Of a stretch of 20,000 nt of DNA, positions 1 to 10,218 are shown piece by piece. The notes beneath the pieces were generated by a model. That model did not search any database and was not told the origin of the DNA. It worked only from the letters and a program-made list of their open reading frames with translations. Every line of letters begins with the position of its first letter. Position 1 is the first letter of the stretch. A program made the position numbers and the translations under genes. The DNA is from Hydrurus foetidus (taxonomy: Eukaryota), in NCBI GenBank assembly GCA_900617105.1, contig UYFQ01000853.1, positions 55,899 to 75,898 on the forward strand, in the 5' to 3' direction.

Positions 1-474
1 CCGCCTTGTTTAACAATCGCATCAAATTTAACTTGACCCTCCGAGTCAACAGTCACGGCAACTATGGCTGAATTATTCCCCCCTGGTTTCCCCATGTTTA
101 AGGGATACTGCACGACATGAATCTCAGGATATGCTCCTCCATCACCGAAATCCTCAACATCAAATGGAATGAAGTTTTTCCTCATCAAGTATGGAGGAAT
201 TGTTTTATTCCTGAGTTCAGACATCGTACTTGGTGAGAATCAGCGCAGAAAGTCAGTCATTTAGTTACCAAATATCTAAGTAAGAGCTACTCTACCTAGC
301 GACTGCTTTCTCAAGACCACCCTCTGCATCATCTTGTTGACGCGAGTAATTGTGTCGTGGAGCGGGTAAAATCCTGTGAGTATCACCAGCAAATGATTCT
401 GATTTTATGGCTTTCCTTCAACTTTTACACATCAAGGAAGTAAGGCACCGATAAATAGCTTACCCGGTCAACAT
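1..474 (-). CDS. SNW1: SNW domain-containing protein 1 / SKIP / Prp45 spliceosome factor, 5' part; exons 474-464, 373-296, 210-<1 (continues off the window)
   Basis: Manual splicing at GT-AG introns (463-374, 295-211) gives MLTGILPAPRHNYSRQQDDAEGGLEKAVARNKTIPPYLMRKNFIPFDVEDFGDGGAYPEIHVVQYPLNMGKPGGNNSAIVAVTVDSEGQVKFDAIVKQG. The LPAP and EDFGDGGA[FY]PEIHV.QYPL.MG motifs are the SNW1/SKIP N-terminal signature. Confidence 0.93.
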
Positions 475-978
475 CTCAATAAGATCCTTCGAAAGGCAAT
501 AGGTTGGGTGCCCAGCTGGCAACTACTACGTCGCGTGATTAGTCATCAATAGTTTGATGCTTCCAAGCAAAGTCGTCTCCCGCATCCCGCAGTCCCGTTG
601 GCGGAGATCGGAGATCGGTGATGAGTGATGACAGCGGAAGAAACGGGAAATAGAATCCGTTTTCTCGTCTCACGGATCCTAATGACCGTACGTACTGTAC
701 ATCTTGGGAATACATCTTACTTCCCACTTTACAGTCGTTTTACAACTGTGCCACTCTTCGTTCCTCAAACTTTACTGAATCTCAAAAACATCAATTGGGA
801 TGATATTCTGAAGTCCATCAAAAAGCACCCTAATAAGTTCCCACTGTACCAAAAGAGTTTTAACGCTTGCATTAGGAGGACCGAGAACAAGCCTTCCATC
901 AAAATTAATTACAATTGAACAAAAGTGAAAATTCAAATTAAAATAAAAAATCAATTTGAAACCACAGAAGTACATCAT

Positions 979-2385
979 TCAGATAGCGGATCTCAATTTA
1001 GTGGGAATATCAGACTTGTAATATATGTCTGGTTGTCTGTGCGACTGTACAGGCATTTTGGCTCTAGTAAGTGTAAGCAAATCTCTGTCAAATGGAGCAA
1101 AGCAAATGCTGCCGACACCCTCAACAACATGGCAGTTCAATTTATTTACATCGCTGTCCATGTCAGATATTGATGGACAGCTTGCCACTGCGATAGAATG
1201 TGATGTAAGTGAATCAGGAAGTGAATCAGAAAGCACTTATAATATGTTGTACAAATAGAAGTAAGCTTAAAAAGCATAATATGCATTTTAAAGGAGAGCC
1301 GTGAACAGTCAATGATTCTCACCTATGTTACCCCAAGGGTCAATTATGCAGGTCCGGCCATAGCTTGAGCGCTTGTCATTGTGCGCTCCTGTTCACATCA
1401 CATTGAGAATCCACAGTATACTGTTAGACTGTTTTGTTTAGTGAAGGGTGCGAAACTTGTAGACAAACGCCTCCTGATTTCAGTATAGAAAACAACAGAA
1501 TAGAAATGCGCAACTACCTATCTGAGCAGCTGCAATGACATAACATTGATTCTCTATTGCCCTTGCTCTTAATAAAATATCCCAATGAGCTGTTCCGGTT
1601 GGAACAGTGAAAGCAGCAGGAACCAGTACGATTTCAGCTCCTAATCCAGACAAAATTTTCTGCGATTGAGTGGTGTCCATATCATTTGAAGTTCGAAGTG
1701 GGCGGCATAACGCTCCGTACAATTCGGGGAATCGTAGATCATAGCAAATTGTCAATCCTATCCGCGCAAATCCGCAATCGGAGACTACCAAAGATTCACC
1801 AGCCTTCGTAGAATTTGATTCCATGAGACCCGCCATCGGGCTATCAAAGAGATGGATCTTCCGATACCTATCAACGATCACTCCAAATGGTGAGATCATG
1901 AAGTTAGTGTTGTAAACTTTTCTTGGGGCAGCTGATGCTCCAACATCTTCAACCAGTTCAGGAAACCCTCCGACAGACAGCCAAATCTGCAACCTCGCAG
2001 CAAGCTCGCACAGAGCAAGACCATAAGGTCCATCAAGCGCTTCCGATGCCATGATAGCGTCCAATGGTCTCTGTATTTCGCCGTTCAAATCTAAAGTTCC
2101 ACCTCCGATGAAACTTGAGCACTCAGGTAATGAAATGAAACGAGCTCCTTTACTCGCTGCGCACTCAACAAGTAAAATCGTGCTGCGAAGATTTGATACT
2201 TTATCGTTTGTCGATGTCATTTGAACTGCTGCCAAAAGATCTGATCCTGACGTAGATGTGGAAGTTTCGCTATCTTGAGACATTAGAAAACGTCTTGAGA
2301 GCAGTTTTGAGGAGTGATGGTGAACGTTGTATCGGAGTGAGCGGCCACAGACAGCAATTAGCATCAGATGAGGGAGAGATTTCAT
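979..2385 (-). CDS. NIT1: Nitrilase-superfamily amidase, NIT1-like (deaminated glutathione amidase); exons 2385 (or 2283)-1518, 1388-1323, 1235-979
   Basis: E-K-C triad motifs LPECSSF, YRKIHLFD and ICYDLRFPE, plus PAAFTVPTGTAHW..LLRARAIENQCYVIAAAQ. Two GT-AG introns (1517-1389, 1322-1236) restore GAHNDKRSSYGRTCIIDPWGNIV and the C-terminal ICFAPFDRDLLTLTRAKMPVQSHRQPDIY. The start codon is uncertain; the ORF-track start at 2403 is a TTG. Confidence 0.88.
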
Positions 2386-2527
2386 GCAGTCGATCTTTAC
2401 CAATGATGAAACCGTTTTTTTCAGAAATGCAATGCCTCTCGTAAGCTGTTAAAAGCTGTTTAGTTACTTTATAGGTAAGTTATACCCGCTGTCGTCTCAA
2501 GAATTGGGAAATAGTAATTTCTTGGTC

Positions 2528-3267
2528 CCCAGTGGTGTCAAGAACCAAGTCGGAATCAAAAACCTAGTTGGATTTTGGTAGCTACGAGAACATTAATGAA
2601 AATTTTTCAAAAACCCTCTCTAAGAAGCCGTCGTGACTAAACAAACAGTGGCGCATCCATTTCTGAAGTCAGAAATTTTCAATACAATATTTTTTGCTCT
2701 CATTTTCCCACAGTTTCAGAAGTGCTGAACTCAAATTCGATTACGAACGTCTTTCTGAAGAAAGTTAGTGAAAAAATCAAATTCACAATGATTGAATTAG
2801 TGTAGACCTATAAAGATTTGACTTAAAACGGAAAAGTTCTTGAGATGCAATGACTTCAGTCTTAAATTTGGGTGTTTTCACGGTTTTCAGACGTGATTTT
2901 TCACTGATTTCGTGGGGAAACACCCAAATTTAAGACTGAAGTCATTGCATCTCAAGAACTTTTCCGTTTTAAGTCAAATCTTTATAGGTCTACACTAATT
3001 CAATCATTGTGGATTTGATTTTATCACTAACTTTCTTCGAAAAGACGTTCGTAATCGAATTTGAGTTCAGCACTTCTGAAACTGTGGGAAAATGAGAGCA
3101 AAAAATATTGTATTGAAAATTTCTGACTTCAGAAATGGATGCGCCACTGTTTGTTTAGTCACGAAGACTTCTTAGAGAGGGTTTTTGAAAAATTTTCATT
3201 AATGTTCTCGTAGCTACCAAAATCCAACTAGGTTTTTGATTCCGACTTGGTTCTTGACACCACTGGG
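2528..3267. mobile_element. Non-autonomous foldback/MITE-like DNA transposon: 350-bp inverted arms (2528-2877, 2918-3267) with a 40-bp spacer
   Basis: The arms are reverse complements with about 6 mismatches by eye. Termini are CCCAGTG...CACTGGG, flanked by TC on both sides (2526-2527, 3268-3269). CCCAG ends with a 2-bp TSD suggest the CMC/EnSpm group (inference). Confidence 0.8.
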
Positions 3268-3881
3268 TCCCCTACGGTGGGAATATATTTAATTTTTCTC
3301 AAATTCCGGTGAATCGGTTCAAATCCAGGTGAATTCGACCAAATTAATTTCCGTGATTTTGAGAACCAAATTTCCGTGAATTAGTCTACGTATTATAATT
3401 ATCGACTGGGCTATTTGGATTAAATCGGAGCAAATATTATCGAATAATGTCAAATAAAAATCCCTCAATTTTCGCATCAAATTTCGGTTTTTTCCACCTG
3501 ATCTGTTGTGAAACGATTCAAAATTTCCTCATCCGAAAATGGTATCAATTTCCTGGTAAATTGACACAAATGAGTGGGAATTAGTCGGCTGAGTTCATGG
3601 AAGAGCTGGTTGAGATAGAATGATTCCCGAACTGAAAGCGTTGCATCCATGTGCAAACTTTGATACTCTGGTATGAAATTGAAGTCATATATAACTAAAC
3701 CACATCAAGTTGCTCCAAACCACGATGGTTGGAATGATCTTGGAAGACGAAACTGGTTTCGAGGAAAGGGTTGCTTCTCTGCTACCCACCTCCGAGAGCA
3801 GTGACGATGATGACATTTCCGATGAGCAAAATGGTACAGTTGCTGAATCAAACAAAAACTACCGTGGAAAGGGTTTGCTGT

Positions 3882-4143
3882 TGTGGTCTGGGGCGGGGCC
3901 TAGGACGTTGGAGCTAATGTTGGTGGACGGTTGGTGCAAGCGGTGGGCAAGGAAAGCGGAAGTCGGTGGAATAAACTTGTGTTAGTATCTTACAGTTGAG
4001 TATATACAAGTGATGTGTACGCTAAAGTGCATTCACGTCATATGTGGAACTAAGACCTAAAAGTGGAATCTGAGCGTAATATACCTATCGTACCTAGTTA
4101 ACCTAGACACATTGTATCCCCTTAGGAATGCAATAAGGCTACA
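3882..4143 (-). repeat. 3' LTR of element 1
   Basis: Identical by eye to 9345-9606; adjacent to the PPT. Confidence 0.96.
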
Positions 4144-4157
4144 CTACCCCTTCTTCC
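4144..4157 (-). promoter_or_regulatory. Polypurine tract of element 1 (GGAAGAAGGGGTAG)
   Basis: Purine run on the - strand immediately upstream of the 3' LTR; identical in element 2. Confidence 0.9.
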
Positions 4158-4233
4158 TTTTTTGAAGATCTTTGATATGATATACAAAAAAGAAAAAAGA
4201 AAAGATATGTAAAACATATATATGAGATATAGA

Positions 4234-4326
4234 TGAAACGATTATGTCAGACTTTTACTGACTAAACTCTCCAAAAAAGACCCGTAGGTAAAAAAATAGG
4301 AGAGAATCCTCATGGATAAAGTTTCA
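4234..4326 (-). other. Conserved structured 3' UTR element (multi-branch hairpin) of element 1
   Basis: Stems TGAAAC/GTTTCA, ATCC/GGAT, CTCTCC/GGAGAG, ACC-TACG-GGT and GTCAG/CTGAC; nearly identical at 12213-12308. Confidence 0.6.
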
Positions 4327-4337
4327 AATATATTAAG

Positions 4338-7300
4338 TCATCGATGTTGCTTATTGATTAATTTAGTCATGTTATTATGACGTAAATAATCATGAAGTTT
4401 ATCAACATCACGAAGACTTGAATAAGGTTCCCAAGTGTTTTTGTCTGAAGGGTAATTTAACCATTTGACTAAAAACTCTATGTGGGTACGTTGGTGTTTG
4501 CCACGATGATCAAGAATGTCTTCAACAAAGTATTCCATGTGATCACGTCGTGCAACATCCAACGGATTTGTGATTGAAGGGTCAAATAGAAAAGGTTTCA
4601 TTGCAGAAACATGAAACTCTGAAGTTTTCTGAGTGACTAGATCATAAAGTGTGTAACGCGAATTTTCGCCACTAACGACTTTTAATGGGCCTCTCCAATG
4701 CGTGTGAAGACGTGAAGGAGGAGATCCATCGCGATAGTGCACTAAGACATAAGAGTCTTTTGGATACTCTACATGCTGAAAAATTTGAGACTGACTTTGA
4801 TGAAGCAAATCTGTGCGAAGAAGTTCTTTAGCAGAAGCTTTAAGAAGACTGTCTTGCGTTTTGAGTAGATTGCTCATACGCTTTGACAAAGGTTTGTCAT
4901 CAGTAACATTTCGCTCAGCAGGAGGTAAAAAGATACCTCTATCGAGTTTGAGTACATTTCCGAAAAGAAGTTGAGAAGATGATATTTTTAAACGATCACT
5001 GTGATTAGAATTTAAAATTCGTTGCACAAATGGAAGTGACGTTTTATAATCTTCTAATGTGACATTATCGAATGTTAATGCACGAAGATGTCTATTAACT
5101 TCTTTATTCATGCGCTCAACAATAGCATTTTCTTCTTTAGAATATGCTAAAGTAAGACAATGTTGAGTGCCAATAAGAGTTAGAAACTCTCTAATAACTT
5201 CGGAAATGAAGTGTGGCCCATTATCAGAACGGAGTTGGAGAGGTGCGCCGAAACGACCGAAGTGTTGCAAGAGGCATTTAGCTGTTGAAAGTGCTGTAGC
5301 ATCTTCTGTATGAAACAGTTCAACCCATCTTGTGAACGTATCGATAATTACGAGTACGTACCCGCCGTCTGGAAACGGTCCTATGAAGTCTATGTTAAGG
5401 CATTCCATAGGTGTGTAAGTAGAAGTCGAGAAACCATGAGCATGTATTGGTATCTTTAACATACTCATTTTCTGACAACACGAACAGTGATCTATGAACC
5501 ACCTGACATGCTGACGCATATATTGCCATACTATCTTTTTGTCAATGAGACGCTTTAAAGTGCGCTCAAGGCCAAAATGCCCAACTTGTGAATTGTGTAC
5601 TTTACTGATTGTATTGTACTGATCACGTGTTAGTTTGAATTTTTCAATAGTATTAGCAGACATGATTGCATCAGGAGTATATTCCTGAGGGAAATCAACC
5701 ATGTTATTGCGACAGAGTCGAGACATCGAATCAGCTATATCATTGTTAGCACCAGGTATATATTCAATTTTAAATGAATATTCGGATAAGGCCATAAACC
5801 ACCGAACAATCATTGGATTTGAATTATCCTTGATGTATAACAAGTTACGATGATCTGTACGCAATGTGAACGTACGATCACGTAATAGCGATTTTAAATA
5901 CGTGCACGAATAAAAGATAGCATATGCTTCTTTTTGTATAACAGCCCAACGAAGCTGAGCTTTGTTAAGTGATTTACTGACAAATGCTATGGGCGTTTCT
6001 TGACCGTCAACTAACTGGAAAAGATAGGCACCTACACCATAGTCCGATGCATCAGTGTGCAAGTAAATCGGATCGGTGTCACTTAAAAGTGCATAGTCGT
6101 GCATTTTGAAATCTCGGATTTGATCAAATTGAATGCTCTGAGAGCTTCTATTGTCCAAGTTATTTTCTTATACTTATTATAGTTAAGAAGCAACTGATGT
6201 AACGGGTATACAACAGTAGAAGCGTTTCTAACAAAGTCGTGAAAATAATTAACCAATCCTAAAAACTTTTGAGTTGTTTAGATAGTACTGGTTTAGGAAA
6301 ATCTAAGACAGTCCGTATTTTTTCTTGTGACATTCTAAGTCCATCTGCAGATAGAACTTTGCCAACATAATCTATTTCGGCATAGCCTAGATAACACTTA
6401 TTCGGTTTAAGGAATATTTTGTGTTTTCTAAAACGTTCAAAAACAAGACGAAGTCTAGAAATAAGTTCGTCAATGTCTTTACCGAAAACATTGCAATCAT
6501 CTATGTACATTTCGCATATAGAGTATATCAGACCTGCTAACACAACAGTCGTCATAATCTGTTGGAAATAGGAGGGTGCTTGTTTTGGCCCAAAGGGTAA
6601 ACGAGTGAATTGATATACTCCGCAGAAAAGTATGAATGCAGTATAAGCACGTGCAGCGAGTGTAAGTGGTGCTTGATGGTAACCTTGAGTGAGGTCAAGT
6701 ACAGCAAACACTTTTGCTTTATGTGCACCTATTCTACGCAACATCTCACCGATGTGTGGAATAGGATGTGATTTATCTTCGGTACAATTGTTGAGATTCC
6801 GAAAATCAATACACATGCGCTTAGTTCCATCAGATTTTGGAACTAGTAAAACTTGGCTATAATAAGCCGCGTTTGATTTTTCAACAATATTTTGTTTTTC
6901 AAGTTTTTAATTTGACTAAGAATGTCAGCTTGATCAACTGTTGATTTAGCCCATGGAGGTTGTCTATTTTTAGGACTCTCCATTGGTCGTCATTGACATG
7001 AAAGTCAAACGGTGGAATATTAGCAGGAGTGGCCGAAAGTTCACTGCTAAATATATCCTTGAATTCGTGTACTAGTAACCGAAGTTTATTTTTCTGATCT
7101 TCATCACCTGCTAAGTTTATTAGCGAGAGTGGGTCAGTATCAGGAAATTCATCTATCCAAGGTGAAAACGAGTCCTTGATCGAGTCGTCGATTTCGTCCT
7201 CATCAGGGGGCACAGCCTCAAAAAGTCTTTCAGACTCTTGTATTAGTGAAGCTAGAATAACGTGTGTTTGGGTTACTGCCGGTTTCACCTTTTGGGTTAA

Positions 7301-9243
7301 AGGATCGACCTTTGGGGAGCCATCAGAGGGTTGCAACTTCTCCTTAGGCTGACAGCCACACGTTATATCCACTTGTTCAGAAGATAAAACTTCCGCTAAT
7401 GAGGTAGTGCTTGATGAAGCATTGGCAGATATTTGATCGGGGAAACGTGAAAATAAATTCAATTCGCGAATTGTTTTTCGTCCCACTATTAGATCAAATT
7501 TCGAATCGTTTAAAACATAAGCCGTGATTTGAAAAGTATAATAATTATTTAAATCAGGGCAAAAATAAGAAAGAGTTAAGTCTATAGTGTCAGAAATATC
7601 ATAACAATGATTATCTAATCCACTACAAACTTTACACAATTTCTTTGAAGAGTTAGAAACGAATTGTGTGAAATTATGATTAGTTATAATGCGGCGATGT
7701 ATAAAGTTGCCAGCAAAAGAGCCGGTGTCCAGGAGAGTAAAGACTCTATTACTTTTTTCCAGCATAACCTCCTGTGAGAGGGGAGATACGAAGAAAGGAA
7801 TAAGTTCTGGATCATCGGAAAGAATAGATGATGAATTTAGGTTGCATAGTTGCTCACCTTTGTGTTTCTTCGCAGCGTTTGTCGAGTCTGCTGTTGAAGT
7901 AGCAGGTTTTGACGAAGAGGAAGAAGAAGAGGAAGACGATGAAGAAGAGGTCGATGTCTTAGGTAAAGTTGGAATAAACTTAGCCTTTGAATCGACTTTC
8001 AACAACTGCTTATGACCCTCAGAGTTGATATAGGGTGCGTCTGTACTGTTATAGTACGGAGACGTAGTGTAGAAACACGTGGCGACGAAATGGCCAAGTC
8101 TCCCACAACCTGTGCACAGAGGTCTTTCGAATTTGTCAGACTTGTCTGATTGCACAGATTGTTCGCTCTCTCGTGGACGTTTTTGATTTTGTCCTGAGAG
8201 GAACGAGGAGGAGCTTTGATTTGGCGAGAGTGATCACCATACAAAGGAGAGACATCAATGAACCGTAAGGCATCAATTGATTCTCGTAGCTTAGCAAGCT
8301 GCGCAAGCCATACGAATCGAAAGTCTTCGATTGTAATGAGTCTTGGCGTTGTATTGTTAAGACTACGCTGTAACACTGCTCTCCAATTGATAGGTTCGAC
8401 AGGCAACTTATCGATGAGAATTTTGGTTGCCTGAAGTTGGAGAGCGGGTGTTGCATCAGGGAATCCATCAACAATATCAGCTAAAAGCTGATCTGTCTTG
8501 TCTTCCACTGATTTATCCTTCAGGTCGAATTGAAGTGCGACCTGAGAGACAGTTTCAATGAAACTCAGCTTGTCAGTTCGATTGACAGCTGATGTAGGAA
8601 CTGTGAGATTGAGTTCTCTACAGAACAATTGATTCGACCAATGTTTCCAATTGTTACAGGAGTCGCGACGATCGGGATCAGTTGCAAACTTACGCTTGAG
8701 AAGCGTTGTAAACGATTGATGGTTGGAAACATGGATTACATCAACTGGTTTAAATGGAGTTCCATTTGAAAGGAGGACCTCCATTACCCGTAGTACTTCC
8801 TGACGAGAGGGCACGGCGCTCAACTTAGGAGCTCTCTCACCCGTTTGCACATAGTGCTGAGGTGGTGCCATCGAACGAGGAATCTCAGCCGAAGCTGGTG
8901 TCGCAGACGAATCTGGTGTCGCAGCCGAAGCTGGTATCTCAGCCGAAGCTGGTGTCGCAGTCGAAACTGGTGATAACGTTAGAGCGGATAAAGCAGATAA
9001 AACAGGAGCATCAATGACAGACGAGACCGCAGGCTCCGAATTCCGCTGAGGAATCGGTGCAGACAGGTCGCCGGCGGGGTCCTGAGCCGCAGGTGGCCCA
9101 GGAGACTCGATGCTATCTCCTCCACGATTGTGGTGCTCCTCGTAACGTTGTCGGAAGGCGACGGCGACAGCTCTAGGGGGCTGTCGTTGTCGGCGAAGGG
9201 AGTTGATGGTGCTAATCCTCTTGTCCTGGCGTCGGAGAGCCAT
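4338..9243 (-). pseudogene. gag-pol of element 1, broken by five single-base deletions relative to element 2 (possibly sequencing errors)
   Basis: CCHC knuckle CTGCGRLGHFVATC, protease LLDTGS, RT YIDD, RNase H TDASDYG/KEAYAI/TDH, integrase HHCC + DDE, GPY/F-like WRGPLKV and chromodomain FLVKWLNY...NTWEP. Deletions lie at ~8180, ~6975, ~6905, ~6262 and ~6086. Confidence 0.9.
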
Positions 9244-9344
9244 TGTCTTCGACTGTCGGAAATAGGTGATGGATTTAAAGTTGATGGAGCGGAGAAACGA
9301 ACTTCTCACGAAAAAAAGCTTCGGTATCGACCGAATATCGATAT

Positions 9345-9606
9345 TGTGGTCTGGGGCGGGGCCTAGGACGTTGGAGCTAATGTTGGTGGACGGTTGGTGC
9401 AAGCGGTGGGCAAGGAAAGCGGAAGTCGGTGGAATAAACTTGTGTTAGTATCTTACAGTTGAGTATATACAAGTGATGTGTACGCTAAAGTGCATTCACG
9501 TCATATGTGGAACTAAGACCTAAAAGTGGAATCTGAGCGTAATATACCTATCGTACCTAGTTAACCTAGACACATTGTATCCCCTTAGGAATGCAATAAG
9601 GCTACA
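9345..9606 (-). repeat. 5' LTR of element 1
   Basis: Identical by eye to 3882-4143; followed on the - strand by ATATCGATATTCGGTC at the PBS position. Confidence 0.96.
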
Positions 9607-10019
9607 CTGTGGGAGGAATGCATTGATCCGATTACAAAAAGTCATGAATCATTCATAACGTTTGAAGCGGTGACTCGCGATGCCATTGAAAGTGACTATT
9701 CAAAAAGGGGTTCATCCGGTGCAAACTCCCAGATCTACGTCTGCAGAAGCAAGGGCTGTAGATTTCTTAAAAAGTACCGGCAAATAGATTCTACTTGCCA
9801 ATTCTATTCGTATTTCAATGGGGTCCACAGTCATTGATTTCGAGGACGACCACCGCGGTCTCACTGGCGAGCAGAAGCTGATCGTTGAGGAGGCTTTTGG
9901 ATTGGGCAGAAGGTCTGCTCGTCAGATCATCAGCCTGTTCCGCTCGAAGAAGTCTCAGCTTACTGATGACTCTCTGAAGAACTTTCCTCTGGACCCTCAA
10001 TTGCCCAAGTTGAACACCA

Positions 10020-10218
10020 ATATCGACTAACACCATATAACATATCACAACAAATACCAAACATATCCACTAACACCATATAACATATCACAACACATAC
10101 CAAACATATCCACTAACACCATATAACATGTCACAACACATATCAAACATATCCACTAACACCATATAACATATCACAACACATACCAAACATATCCACT
10201 AACACCATATAACATATT
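10020..10218. repeat. Minisatellite, 43-bp unit, ~4.6 copies
   Basis: Unit ACTAACACCATATAACATATCACAACACATACCAAACATATCC starts at 10026, 10069, 10112, 10155 and 10198. There are no spacers. Confidence 0.92.

Larger units (their letters stand above)
3882..9606 (-). mobile_element. Ty3/gypsy chromovirus LTR retrotransposon, copy 1 (5725 bp)
   Basis: Two 262-bp TG...CA LTRs, 4-bp TSD CTGT (3878-3881, 9607-9610), a PPT, and gag-PR-RT-RH-IN-chromodomain order. Confidence 0.97.
3725..10030 (+). pseudogene. N-terminal fragment of a probable MULE-type transposase (3725-3881 joined to 9611-10030), split by LTR element 1
   Basis: Removing 3882-9610 keeps the frame open: ...NYRGKGLLWEECIDPITKSHESFITFEAVTRDAIESDYSKRGSSGANSQIYVCRSKGCRFLKKYRQIDSTCQFYSYFNGVHSH* (C-x4-C...H-x-H zinc finger). 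After a frameshift near 9835 it continues DHRGLTGEQKLIVEEAFGLGRRSARQII. No DDE domain is visible. Confidence 0.55.

Noticed and set aside
539..978. Short ORFs and a possible C/D-box snoRNA (GTGATGA at ~618 and ~626) between SNW1 and NIT1
   Set aside because: No recognisable protein motifs, and no nearby D box with a terminal stem.
4234..4326. Hammerhead ribozyme or true tRNA in the 3' UTR structure
   Set aside because: GAAAC is present but there is no CUGANGA core on either strand, and no T-loop (TTCRA) or D-loop consensus.
7689..8015. + strand ORFs with poly-Glu (also 15663-16013), plus 9130-9448, 13485-13679, 16215-16433 and 17093-17344
   Set aside because: Antisense shadows of gag-pol or the LTR; poly-E is the reverse complement of the gag poly-Ser tract.
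8150..8200. Programmed gag/pol ribosomal frameshift in element 1
   Set aside because: The sister element has a single continuous ORF, the break falls upstream of the Gag zinc knuckle, and it is one of several 1-bp run deletions.
10020..10218. CRISPR-like array
   Set aside because: Contiguous 43-bp tandem units with no unique spacers, no cas genes and a eukaryotic context.
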